The notes beneath the pieces were generated by a model that was not told the origin of the DNA, did not search any database, and saw only the letters and a program-made list of their open reading frames with translations. The position numbers were made by a program, and so were the translations under genes. From a virus (Duplodnaviria > Caudoviricetes), in IMG/VR virus record IMGVR_UViG_3300017766_003993, positions 1 through 26,527 of that record: DNA of 26,527 bases. The stretch is one strand, 5' to 3'. How positions within the stretch are numbered: the stretch's first letter is position 1; each line of letters opens with the position of its first letter. This document shows, one piece after another, positions 8,627 through 17,105 of this stretch.

Positions 8627-9442
8627 ATGCCCGAATTCCGTCAGCACCCCCTATCCGCCGCGTTCCCTCCGATGAGCGAGGATGAATACTCCGCCCTCAA
8701 GGCGGACATTCAAGAGAACGGGCAAAGGCACCCGGCAATCGTGATCGCGGAGCCCGATGGCGCATTCAGCGTACTCGACGGCTGGCACCGCGTACAGGCA
8801 TGCCTCGACGCTGGCCGGGAGCCGCTCACCCGCGAGTATGACGGCGCCGACCCGGTGGCGTTCGTCATCAGCGCGAACCTGCACCGTCGACACCTCACCT
8901 CGGGCCAGCGCGCACAGGCCGTCGTGCTCTGCAACGAGTGGGTAGCGAAGCCGGGCTCCGCCCTCAGGGCGGAACCCTCCGGCGTCACCGCCTCGCAGAT
9001 GGCACAGCAGGCACAGGTCGGCGTGCGCGTGATCGAGCGCGCCAAGCAGGTTCAGCGCGCCGACCCGCAGCTTGCACAGCAGGTTGTCGCCGGGGCGGTG
9101 TCCCTCAACGCGGCGGCCAAGCAGGCAGCCGGGGAGCCGCCGGCCGCTGCCGCCAAGCGGGTGGTCGCCGCCATCCCGACGCAGAGCGAGATCGAGAAGC
9201 GCGACACCGAGATCGCAAGCCTCAAGGCCCGGATCGACGAATTGACCGAGGCGCTGGCCGAAATGACCGACGCCGCCGAGATTCTCGCCGGCATTCAGGA
9301 GGGCAAGGACACCATCGAAATGCTCAAAGCCTCGAAGAACTACGCGAGGGCTGTCGAGCGAACAAGAAACGATCTTCAGCAGGAAAACGCTCGACTCAAG
9401 AACGAAATCAAGATGCTGAGAAGGAAATATGAAAGAGATTAA
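8627..9442 (+). CDS. ParB/Srx-like N-terminal domain protein with HTH and C-terminal coiled coil
   Basis: AGGAG SD; HPLSAAFPPM...LKADIQENGQRHP...LDGWHRVQA (GxxRxxA)...SANLHRRHLTSGQRA; HTH-like TASQMAQQAQVGVRVIERAK. Confidence 0.85.
   Translation: MPEFRQHPLSAAFPPMSEDEYSALKADIQENGQRHPAIVIAEPDGAFSVLDGWHRVQACLDAGREPLTREYDGADPVAFVISANLHRRHLTSGQRAQAVVLCNEWVAKPGSALRAEPSGVTASQMAQQAQVGVRVIERAKQVQRADPQLAQQVVAGAVSLNAAAKQAAGEPPAAAAKRVVAAIPTQSEIEKRDTEIASLKARIDELTEALAEMTDAAEILAGIQEGKDTIEMLKASKNYARAVERTRNDLQQENARLKNEIKMLRRKYERD
8954..8976. repeat. 23-bp palindromic site, copy 1 (inside the ParB-like gene)
   Basis: GGCTCCGCCCTCAGGGCGGAACC; near-identical copies at 24673 and 26287. Confidence 0.85.
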
Positions 9443-11003
9443 TCTGTACCCGCATCAGGTACTCGCCAAGGAAGAACTCCGCAGCGGCTTCCGGCAGGGG
9501 AAGAAGAAGCAGCTTCTCGTCGCCGCCACCGCGTTTGGCAAGACCGTCACGGCCGCGTCTATGATTCAGGACGCTGATCGCAAGGGCACCAAGACCTACT
9601 TCGTTGTGGATCGCGTGCAGCTTGTGAATCAGGCTTCTGCCACCCTCGACCGATACGGCATTGACCACGGCGTCAGGCAGGCCGATCACTGGCGATTCCG
9701 TCCATATCTGAACGTGCAGGTATGCTCCGCTCAGACTCTTGAGCGGACAAGAAACTTCAAGATCGACGACGGTCTGATCTTCATTGACGAAGCTCACTCT
9801 ACGCGAGCGTTCGTCACGAAGATGCTCGAACAAACAAATGCGTTTGTTATTGGGCTGACCGCGACCCCGTTCACCAAGGGCCTCGGCAAAATCTATCATC
9901 GCGTCGTCAACCCGACGACTACGAACAAGCTCATCAACGAGGGATTCCTCACGCCGATCAAGGCTTATGCCTGCATCGAAGCGGACATGAGCGGCGCGAA
10001 GATCATTGCCGGTGAGTATTCCGACAAGGAAATCGAGGAACGCGGCAGCAAGATCGTCGGCGACATCGTTGCAGAGTGGACACAAAAGACCAGCCTGCAC
10101 TTCGGCGGGCCGGTCAAGACGATTGTTTTCTCCGCCACCGTCGCTCACGGCGAAGAAATCTGTCGGGCATTCAAGAAGTCAGGACACAACTTCGCTCAAA
10201 TCAGTTTCCAGACATCGGAAACCGAGCGCGTTGAAATCCTGCGTGAGTTTGCCAAGCCTGACTCTCAATACATCGGCCTTGTTTCGGTCGATGCTCTCGC
10301 CAAGGGTTTCGATCAGGTCGACATCATGTGCGGAATCTGCGCACGACCGCTGCGCAAGTCGTTCTCGACTCATGTGCAGATGATCGGCCGCGTCATGCGT
10401 GTTGCTCCGGGCACGATTAAGGAGAGGTTTGGATATGCGCTCTGGCTCGATCACTCCGGAAATTATCTCAGGTTTCAGCGCGATCTCGACGACCTGTTCG
10501 AGAACGGCGTCGGCGAACTCGACGACGGCGAGAAGGACAACACCGTTCGCAAGGAACCGACCGAGAAGGAAAAGAAGGAGATCGTTTGTTCGTGCGGCGC
10601 GATCCTTGAGCCTCAGGACAAGGTATGCACGGCCTGCGGCAAGGAGCGCGTCCGCCGGTCGCTGATCGAGGTGGCTGCGGGCAAGATGGTCGAGGTCGGC
10701 GCGAACGTGCACGCCAAGACGAACCGCAAGCTCGCGCCGTGGATGGCGGATCACGATGGCGTGTGGGGCATGCTCGTCGCCAAGAGCAACGAAACCTCCC
10801 GGCGCGCGGGAGGCCGCGACAACGACGACGCCGCGCGCAAGCTCCGCCGGGCGAAGTGGTGGGCGTGGTACGGCTGCGAGCCGCCGCACAAATGGGGCGA
10901 GGCAGAGGATGAGGTGATGCCCTCGGCGGAGTTTGAAAACCGCTGGCTCCGCGACAGAATCGCATTCGCAAAAGCTACTCAGAAAGCAAGAACAGCCGCC
11001 TAA
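9429..11003 (+). CDS. Superfamily II (DEAH) DNA helicase with a zinc finger
   Basis: ATAFGKT, IDEAH, GLTATP, LAKGFD, QMIGRVMR; CSCG...CTACG. Confidence 0.9.
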   Translation: MKEINLYPHQVLAKEELRSGFRQGKKKQLLVAATAFGKTVTAASMIQDADRKGTKTYFVVDRVQLVNQASATLDRYGIDHGVRQADHWRFRPYLNVQVCSAQTLERTRNFKIDDGLIFIDEAHSTRAFVTKMLEQTNAFVIGLTATPFTKGLGKIYHRVVNPTTTNKLINEGFLTPIKAYACIEADMSGAKIIAGEYSDKEIEERGSKIVGDIVAEWTQKTSLHFGGPVKTIVFSATVAHGEEICRAFKKSGHNFAQISFQTSETERVEILREFAKPDSQYIGLVSVDALAKGFDQVDIMCGICARPLRKSFSTHVQMIGRVMRVAPGTIKERFGYALWLDHSGNYLRFQRDLDDLFENGVGELDDGEKDNTVRKEPTEKEKKEIVCSCGAILEPQDKVCTACGKERVRRSLIEVAAGKMVEVGANVHAKTNRKLAPWMADHDGVWGMLVAKSNETSRRAGGRDNDDAARKLRRAKWWAWYGCEPPHKWGEAEDEVMPSAEFENRWLRDRIAFAKATQKARTAA

Positions 11004-11929
11004 TGGACGACGAACTTCTAGCTCAGAGCGCCCTGACTTATGTCGACCCGCACGACCGTGATACTTGGGTCCGCATGGGCATCGCCATCAAGGGCCGCTT
11101 CGGTGAATCTGGAAAGTGGATTTGGATGGATTGGAGCGAGACTGCATCCAACTTCAACAAACGCGCCGCCGAGTCCGTTTGGAAGTCCATGCGGGTGTCG
11201 GGCGGGCTCGGGCTCTTGATCGCCGAGGCCCGCAAGGGCGGCTGGACCGGCAAGGTCACCGAGGGCATGTCCCGTGAGGAACTCGCGGCCAAGCGCGCCG
11301 AGTCGGAGCGCCGCGCCGCCGCCGCCGAAGCGGAGCGTCAGGCTTCCTACGCCCGCGTGCGGGCCCTGTCCGAGGCGTTCCTGTCGAAGGCGACCCGCTG
11401 CAAGCATCCCTACCTCGCGCGCAAGGGCTTCCCGAACGTGTGGGTTCCGGTGCGCGGGAACCTGATCGTGCTCGCCATGCGCGACCTCCGCACCGATGAA
11501 CTCTGGAACATCCAGAAGATCGACCCCGAGGGCGGCAAGTTCTACCAGCGGGACGGCCGGGCCAAGGGGCTCGTGCTGCGGATGCCGTTCGGCACGGGCC
11601 CGCGCGTCTACGTCGAGGGCTTCGCCACCGGCCTTTCGGTGCGCGCCGCCATGAAGGCGGCCGAGATCGAGGGGAGCGTCGTGGTCACCTTCTCGGCCGG
11701 CAATCTGGCCTACGTCGCCCGGGAAGAAGCGCACCCGCTCGGCTTCGTCGTGGCCGACAACGACGCCAAGGGCGCGGGCCTGAAGGCGGCGAAGGACTCA
11801 GGGCTCCGGTACTGGATGCCGCCGGATACCGGCACCGACGCCAACGACTTCCATGCCGCCTACGGCCTCGCCAACCTGAAACTCGAACTCGGCCGCGAAC
11901 TGCTGCCGATGGTGAGTCAGCCCTCGTAG
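11003..11929 (+). CDS. DNA primase (PriCT-2-like N-terminus plus TOPRIM domain)
   Basis: DRDTWVRMGIAIK...W..WS; HPYLARKG; VEGFATGLS, FSAGNL, ADND and TDAND TOPRIM motifs. Confidence 0.88.
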   Translation: MDDELLAQSALTYVDPHDRDTWVRMGIAIKGRFGESGKWIWMDWSETASNFNKRAAESVWKSMRVSGGLGLLIAEARKGGWTGKVTEGMSREELAAKRAESERRAAAAEAERQASYARVRALSEAFLSKATRCKHPYLARKGFPNVWVPVRGNLIVLAMRDLRTDELWNIQKIDPEGGKFYQRDGRAKGLVLRMPFGTGPRVYVEGFATGLSVRAAMKAAEIEGSVVVTFSAGNLAYVAREEAHPLGFVVADNDAKGAGLKAAKDSGLRYWMPPDTGTDANDFHAAYGLANLKLELGRELLPMVSQPS

Positions 11930-12279
11930 CCCCGGAGAAGGCTCTCTTGCTTGTCGACCAGCGCATTCTGTGCGGCCAGAAGCTCGGCCTCGGACCCGTA
12001 GCGAGCGTGGTACTGCCGCCGGCTCCGGGCGAGGCTCGGGCCAAACGCGGCCTCCATTTGTCGTTCGTTCAGCCCGTTCTTCGTGATGCCCCGGTGGTGC
12101 CACGGGCAGCAGGCGTAGGTCGCGTCGTGCCCCACGCGCCGGCCACCGGTAACGACGTGCTGGATGTCCGGCGGCTCACCGAACCGGCCGTCGAGGATGC
12201 AGGGCACGCACCCCAATTCCGAGGCGATCCGCCACCTTTCGACCTGTTCCGCATTGGCTTTTCCGGTGGAGTGGTGCAT
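11917..12279 (-). CDS. Ref-like (RecA-dependent) HNH nuclease
   Basis: LGCVPC...IQHV...H...CCPWHHRG...GPSL...YGSEAELL resembles the phage P1 Ref family. Confidence 0.75.
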   Translation of the reverse strand: MHHSTGKANAEQVERWRIASELGCVPCILDGRFGEPPDIQHVVTGGRRVGHDATYACCPWHHRGITKNGLNERQMEAAFGPSLARSRRQYHARYGSEAELLAAQNALVDKQESLLRGYEG

Positions 12280-12310
12280 TATTCGTCAATCCTCGTCAAG
12301 AACTAGACAA

Positions 12311-12568
12311 ATGCTATACCAGAACAGAGTCGCCCGCTACCAGAAACGGAACATCGAGCTACTGATCGAGCACGTCGAGCACTTCAAGTCCTACGCCGAA
12401 CTCGCCGAGGTCGAGAAGGTGACGCGGCAGCGCGTGTTTCAGCGCGTCGTCAGCGCGGCCAAGCGGCTGATGCGGATGGACAGCGACGACCAGCGCGCCG
12501 CCGAGCTTGGCCGGGCCTCCTTCAATGGGGCCATCGCCGAGTTTTGCCGTCGCATGGGCAACAAATGA
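12311..12568 (+). CDS. Small HTH protein (sigma region-4-like)
   Basis: SYAELAEVEKVTRQRVFQRVVSAAKRL resembles a sigma region 4.2 HTH; stop overlaps the next ATG. Confidence 0.6.
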   Translation: MLYQNRVARYQKRNIELLIEHVEHFKSYAELAEVEKVTRQRVFQRVVSAAKRLMRMDSDDQRAAELGRASFNGAIAEFCRRMGNK

Positions 12569-13005
12569 GCGTCGAAATCTACGTCACAGGTCATCACGAA
12601 TTCAGCAAAGCATGTGCTGAGATTCAGAAACATGTCGAAGCTGGCGGCGCAAAGGTCACGATCTCATCAATCGACGCCAGAACTGCCAAGCAGAACCGCA
12701 TGTTGCACGCAACAATCGGCGACATCGCCCGGCAAGTGACGTGGTACGGCAAAAAACTCAAGGTTGCGGAGTGGAAGATCATCTTCACGGCCGCAGTCGA
12801 GAAGCAAGAGGCTATTCCGGGCATCGACGGCGGGTTTGTTGTCCTCGGGAAGCAGACATCAAGCATGTCGAAGGCCATGTTTTCGTCGGTCATCACTGTT
12901 GCCCTCGCGTTTGGCGAGGAAAAGGGCGTGCAGTGGGGTTGCGAAAACTGGAAATCCATCGTCGAAACCTACCTCAAAGAAAACGGATACACGAAAGAAC
13001 TATGA
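12565..13005 (+). CDS. ninB: NinB/Orf family recombination protein
   Basis: RTAKQNRMLHATIGDIARQVTWYG...WKIIF...PGIDGGFVVLGKQTSSMSKAMFS...AFGEEKGVQW. Confidence 0.85.
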   Translation: MSVEIYVTGHHEFSKACAEIQKHVEAGGAKVTISSIDARTAKQNRMLHATIGDIARQVTWYGKKLKVAEWKIIFTAAVEKQEAIPGIDGGFVVLGKQTSSMSKAMFSSVITVALAFGEEKGVQWGCENWKSIVETYLKENGYTKEL

Positions 13006-13532
13006 ATTACACGGAACTGCTGTTGGGCGCTGGAAATAACGACAAAAAGAAGCTGGTCCCGCGCGGCCTGCCGCTGGAATTCCAGAATCCGTACCGAGTC
13101 GACATCGACCCGGCGTGCGGCCCCGACCTCGTGTTCGATCTGAACGGGATCGAGGGCGGCATGAGGGGGCTCCCCTTCACCGATGGTCATTTCGACGAGA
13201 TTCACGCCTATGACGTGCTCGAACACGTCGGCCAGCAAGGCGACTGGCGCGGGTTCTTCCGCCTGTTCAGCGAGCTTCATCGCGTCCTGAAGGCGGGCGG
13301 CGTGCTGTGCGCGATCACCCCGAGCATCCAGAGCCGTTGGGCGTGGGGCGACCCGGGCCACAGCCGCATCATCCAGCCCGAAACCCTCGTGTTCCTGTCG
13401 CAGCGGCAGTACCGGGAACAGGTCGGCGTCACCCCGATGACCGACTACCGGCATGTCTGGAAGCGGGACTTCGAGGTGCTCTACTCGAACGACGACGGAC
13501 AGCGCCATGCGTTCGTGCTGCGCGCCGCTTGA
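13002..13532 (+). CDS. Class I SAM-dependent methyltransferase
   Basis: LLLGAG, VDID, DL, LPFTDGHFDEIHAYDVLEH, ELHRVLKAGG and DPGH motifs. Confidence 0.85.
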   Translation: MNYTELLLGAGNNDKKKLVPRGLPLEFQNPYRVDIDPACGPDLVFDLNGIEGGMRGLPFTDGHFDEIHAYDVLEHVGQQGDWRGFFRLFSELHRVLKAGGVLCAITPSIQSRWAWGDPGHSRIIQPETLVFLSQRQYREQVGVTPMTDYRHVWKRDFEVLYSNDDGQRHAFVLRAA

Positions 13533-13557
13533 CGTGGCGCGAAACCTCGCCTAAACT
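13529..13557 (+). promoter_or_regulatory. Sigma70-type promoter
   Basis: TTGACG-N17-TAAACT. Confidence 0.65.
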
Positions 13558-13582
13558 GTTTCTGAGCCTGTAGGGCCGCACT

Positions 13583-13607
13583 GCCCCGCTAACCCGGGGC
13601 TTTTTTT
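13583..13607 (+). terminator. Rho-independent terminator
   Basis: GCCCCG-CTAACC-CGGGGC followed by T7. Confidence 0.8.
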
Positions 13608-13631
13608 AACTACCGGAGTAAAGAGGTTTAC

Positions 13632-14324
13632 ATGAAAGTCTATCATGCAATCGCGGCAGTAAGCGGTGAACTGTCAAAGGTCGGCATCAGCAAGGACCGA
13701 TACAACGAGCAGCAGCGTTTCAACTTTCGCGGCATCGACGACTTCTTCAATGCGCTTTCGATGCCGCTGGCTAAGAACAAGCTCATCATCTTCCCGCGCT
13801 ACTACGACCGAGAAGTCATCGAGCGCACCTCCAAGAGCGGCTCCGCCGTCTACTACGTCAGCCTGAAGTGCGACTTCACTTTCGTCTGTGCCGACGATGG
13901 CTCAGTTCACACAGCGACCATTGTCTCCGAGGCAATGGACATGGCCGACAAGGCAACTAACAAAGCCATGTCGGCGGCCTACAAATACATGGCCGCTCAG
14001 GTGTTCTGCATCCCGGTCGAGGGTCTGGACGACTCCGACGCCGATCAGGGCGGCACCGAAACCATCGCCGGCACCGCGAAGATTCCGGCAAACGCGAAGC
14101 TGTCGGCGGAGCAGGTTGAGCAGATCGAAGCTCTGCTTCTGACCCTGCACGACAACGATGCCGAGGCCGTGATGAACGCCGGTCGCGCCATCATCAACCA
14201 TCTGACGAATGCGACCGATGGAACGTGGAGCGATGTTGATGCTTCGCGCTACGGCAGCATCGTCAGCAGCATCAACAAGAAGCTGATCGCCAAAGCCAAC
14301 GCCAAGGAACAGGAGGGCAAGTAA
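13632..14324 (+). CDS. erf: ERF-family single-strand annealing protein
   Basis: GISKDRYNEQQRFNFRGIDD...EAMDMADKATNKAMSAAYKY...F.IP..D.D; GAGG SD. Confidence 0.85.
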   Translation: MKVYHAIAAVSGELSKVGISKDRYNEQQRFNFRGIDDFFNALSMPLAKNKLIIFPRYYDREVIERTSKSGSAVYYVSLKCDFTFVCADDGSVHTATIVSEAMDMADKATNKAMSAAYKYMAAQVFCIPVEGLDDSDADQGGTETIAGTAKIPANAKLSAEQVEQIEALLLTLHDNDAEAVMNAGRAIINHLTNATDGTWSDVDASRYGSIVSSINKKLIAKANAKEQEGK

Positions 14325-15247
14325 TGTCAACCGTGACAATCAGTAATCGAACCAAAGTTCAGAAGATGGTTCAGGGCTCGCCGGAATGGCATAAGTTCCG
14401 GTCGCATCACTGCAATGCTTCGGAGTCGGCGGCGGCGATGAACCGGTCGCCCTTCATCCCGAGGAACATGCAGCAGCTTACGGAGGTGCGCGCCGGGCTC
14501 CGCAAGGTGTTCATCACCTCGGCGATGAACTACGGCCACGAGCACGAGCCGGCCGTGCGCGACTACCTCGAAGCGACGTACCTCGAAATCATCCAGCCCG
14601 AGGTATGGGAGTGCAACGCCCACTACATCGACAGCTTGGGGGTGGAGCACAACATCCCGCTGGCCTGCTCGGTGGACGGCCGCGACATGAACGGCGTGAT
14701 CTACGAGATCAAGTGCCCGGCCTCGCCGACGAGCGAAACCGTGACCAAGGCCAAGGACGGCCTGATCCCGGACTACTACCGCGATCAGGTGCAGCAACAG
14801 CTTCTCGTGACCGGCTGCCGCGAGTGCTGCTTCGCCGTCCGTGACCCGGCCGACGGTCAGGTCTACACGATCTGGCTGAAGGCCGACGAGGAACATCAGC
14901 GCCGGATCGTGGAGGCGTGGATTGCCGTTTGGCCGTTCCTGCGCGACGGCAAGACCATCGTCACGCCCGAGGGCGACCTCGAATTCGACAGCCTGTGCGA
15001 GGCTTACGTCGCCCTCAAGCAGAAGTTCTCCGAGGTGGATGCCGCTCTCGAAGCCATCAAGGACAAGCTGATCGCTCGCGTCCCGTCGGACGAGTCCTCG
15101 ATGACCTCGAAAACTTACGGTCTGACCGTAACGAAACAGACACGCGCGGGAACCATCAACTACAAGAAGATTCCCGAACTGAAAGGGGTCGATCTCGACC
15201 TATACCGCTCCGAAGCTACGGAGTTCTGGACAATCAAGGTGAAGTGA
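14324..15247 (+). CDS. YqaJ-like (lambda exonuclease family) nuclease
   Basis: QGSPEWHKFR...NASE...GHEHEP...CSVDG...YEIKCP...YYRDQVQQQLLVTG. Confidence 0.88.
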   Translation: MSTVTISNRTKVQKMVQGSPEWHKFRSHHCNASESAAAMNRSPFIPRNMQQLTEVRAGLRKVFITSAMNYGHEHEPAVRDYLEATYLEIIQPEVWECNAHYIDSLGVEHNIPLACSVDGRDMNGVIYEIKCPASPTSETVTKAKDGLIPDYYRDQVQQQLLVTGCRECCFAVRDPADGQVYTIWLKADEEHQRRIVEAWIAVWPFLRDGKTIVTPEGDLEFDSLCEAYVALKQKFSEVDAALEAIKDKLIARVPSDESSMTSKTYGLTVTKQTRAGTINYKKIPELKGVDLDLYRSEATEFWTIKVK

Positions 15248-15248
15248 A

Positions 15249-15680
15249 ATGAACAAGCACATGATCATCGGCTACGTCGGCAAGGACCCGGAAATCCGGC
15301 GGTTCCCCGATGGCGGCGCGCTCGCCAGCTTCTCGGTCGCCACCTCGCACCGCTACAAGGACAAGCAGAGCGGCGAGCGCGTCGAACAAACCGACTGGCA
15401 CAACTGCGTGGTCAGCGGCCCGCTGGTCGATTCCGTCGTCGCCAACTACATCAAGAAGGGCACGCGGCTTTTCCTCTCCGGCCGCAGCGTCACGCGGAAG
15501 TGGCAGGACAAGACCTCGGGGCAGGACCGCTACACGACCGAGATCAAGGTCGACGAACTGGAACTGCTGTCGAGCAAGGACGAGGGCGGCCAGAAGCAGC
15601 CCGAGCAGCAGCGGCAGGCCCCGGCCCGGCAGGCTGCCGCGCCCGCCGCCAAGGTCGACGACGACGACATCCCGTTCTAA
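15249..15680 (+). CDS. ssb: Single-stranded DNA-binding protein
   Basis: MNKHMIIGYVGKDPE...TDWHN...YTTEI; acidic tail DDDDIPF. Confidence 0.95.
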   Translation: MNKHMIIGYVGKDPEIRRFPDGGALASFSVATSHRYKDKQSGERVEQTDWHNCVVSGPLVDSVVANYIKKGTRLFLSGRSVTRKWQDKTSGQDRYTTEIKVDELELLSSKDEGGQKQPEQQRQAPARQAAAPAAKVDDDDIPF

Positions 15681-15729
15681 CAACAAGTAACAAACAAGCA
15701 ACAAACAAACTAACTAAGGAGAAGTCAAG

Positions 15730-16239
15730 ATGAGCAACAAAAACCTTGCGGATTTCGCACACCACTACATCTCGTGGGGGACCGACCGCCTGATCTGCGG
15801 CCCCGAGGGTCAGGGCACGGCCGTCGGGCAGGCGAAGAAGATGCTCGAAGAAGCCGGCGAGCTTGTCCTCGCTCTGGCGCAGCGCGACGACCGCGAGATC
15901 GCCGACGGCATCGGCGACGTGTTCGTCACGCTCGTGATGATCTGCGAGCGCCACTACACCGGCCAGAACTGGATCGCGCGCCTGTGCGGGGCGTCGACCG
16001 ACTACCTCTACACCGCCGCCATGCAGGGCGTCGGCGCGGTGGCCGTCCGCGTCCTGACCGCCGTCGGCGAGGAATCGCTCGACGTGCTGCCGGCCTGCTG
16101 CGCGATGATGCGCGAGATCACCGCCATTGCCCGGGCGAACAACCTCACCGTCGAGGAATGCGCCCAACTGGCGTGGGACGAGATCAAGGACCGCAAGGGC
16201 AAGATGGTCAACGGCAAGTTCGTCAAGGAGGCACAGTGA
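15730..16239 (+). CDS. MazG-like nucleotide pyrophosphohydrolase
   Basis: KMLEEAGEL...EIADGIGDVFVTL...AWDEIKDRKGKMVNGKFVKE; AAGGAG SD. Confidence 0.85.
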   Translation: MSNKNLADFAHHYISWGTDRLICGPEGQGTAVGQAKKMLEEAGELVLALAQRDDREIADGIGDVFVTLVMICERHYTGQNWIARLCGASTDYLYTAAMQGVGAVAVRVLTAVGEESLDVLPACCAMMREITAIARANNLTVEECAQLAWDEIKDRKGKMVNGKFVKEAQ

Positions 16240-16652
16240 TGACCACGATCCACGAAACCGTGTTCGGCCCGTTGCCGGAGCCGCAGGACTTCGGTGACGC
16301 CAAGGGGCGCATCTTCGGCCGCGAGCAGCTACTCGGCCGCACGTCTGCGCCCATCCCTGCTACCAGCGCGGCCGGCTTCCTACACCGGGCCGGTGAAACC
16401 ATGCGGGATCGCGGCCAGACCTACGACCGCCCGGGCGGCGAGCGCAGCGGTGGTGCGGCGGCGGCAGCCTTCAACGCGATCACCGGCCGCACCGGGCCGG
16501 CGGCGCTGACCGGTGCCGACGTGTACCTGCTGCTTCAGGTGCTCAAGGACGTGCGCCAGTGGCGGCACCCGGAGCGTCACTACGACTCCGCGCTCGACGC
16601 GGTGGCCTATGCGGCGCTGAAGGCCGAGGAAGTGATGCGGGGCGGCTCGTGA
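16239..16652 (+). CDS. DUF6378-like phage protein
   Basis: RDRGQTYD...ERS...FNAITG...LLQVLKDVR...DSALDAVAYAAL. Confidence 0.65.
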   Translation: MTTIHETVFGPLPEPQDFGDAKGRIFGREQLLGRTSAPIPATSAAGFLHRAGETMRDRGQTYDRPGGERSGGAAAAAFNAITGRTGPAALTGADVYLLLQVLKDVRQWRHPERHYDSALDAVAYAALKAEEVMRGGS

Positions 16653-16822
16653 TGGCCCGGCCGCGCAAGGAGTGGCCGGAGGGCCTGAAGAAGCGCGCCC
16701 ACGAGATCAAGGCGAAGTACGGCTTCGGCGTCCACCTGATCTCGACGATGCTCGGCGCGGAGTACGGGATTCATGTGACTCCCGGCAGCGTCCGGAGAAT
16801 CCTCGAAAAACCGGCTGACTAA
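16652..16822 (+). CDS. Small HTH-like protein (56 aa)
   Basis: MARPRKEW...GVHLISTMLGAEYGIHVTPGSVRRIL; TGATG coupling. Confidence 0.6.
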   Translation: MARPRKEWPEGLKKRAHEIKAKYGFGVHLISTMLGAEYGIHVTPGSVRRILEKPAD

Positions 16823-16836
16823 CGTATGGACTAATG

Positions 16837-16865
16837 AAAAAGCCCGGAGCGATCCGGGCTTTTTT
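16837..16865. terminator. Bidirectional Rho-independent terminator
   Basis: A5-GCCCGGA-GCGA-TCCGGGC-T6 between convergent units. Confidence 0.9.
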
Positions 16866-16867
16866 GT

Positions 16868-16943
16868 TGGTGCCGATGGCAGGGCTCGAACCCGCGACCT
16901 GTCGTTTACAAAACGACTGCTCTACCGACTGAGCTACAAGGGC
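16868..16943 (-). tRNA. tRNA-Thr(UGU), two acceptor-stem mismatches
   Basis: GCCCTTGTAGCTCAGTCGGTAGAGCA-GTCGT-TTTGTAA-ACGAC...GGTTCGAG...CATCGGC-A-CCA. Confidence 0.9.
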
Positions 16944-16945
16944 AA

Positions 16946-17022
16946 TGGCGCATCGTGTTGGACTCGAACCAACGGCCCTCGGCTTAGAAGGCCGATGCTC
17001 TATCCATCTGAGCTAACGACGC
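16946..17022 (-). tRNA. tRNA-Arg(UCU)
   Basis: Cloverleaf; anticodon arm TCGGC-CTTCTAA-GCCGA; encoded CCA. Confidence 0.95.
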
Positions 17023-17026
17023 AGCT

Positions 17027-17101
17027 TGGAGCGACGCCCGGGACTCGAACCCGGACCCCTCGCTTGGAAGGCGAGGATTCTCACCATTGAACTAGCATCG
17101 C
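17027..17101 (-). tRNA. tRNA-Gly(UCC)
   Basis: Cloverleaf; CTCGC-CTTCCAA-GCGAG; U73 and CCA. Confidence 0.95.
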
Positions 17102-17105
17102 AAAC

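Noticed and set aside
8564-8647. N-terminal extensions of TerL (from 8647) and the ParB-like protein (from 8552) in the ORF track
   Set aside because: They would overlap each other and the promoter; ATG 8563 and ATG 8627 (with AGGAG) fit better.
11927-11929. Genome-wide TAG reassignment
   Set aside because: TAG appears to end the primase and the 25860-26252 gene, where readthrough would run antisense into neighbours. Only one internal TAG was found in the genes read here.
13839-13847. GGCTCCGCC half-site inside erf
   Set aside because: No partner arm; a 9-mer like this can occur by chance in GC-rich coding DNA.
16946-17022. tRNA-Arg loop CTTCTAA read as a CUA amber suppressor
   Set aside because: The 5-bp stem fixes a 7-nt loop with UCU at 34-36; CUA would be off by one.
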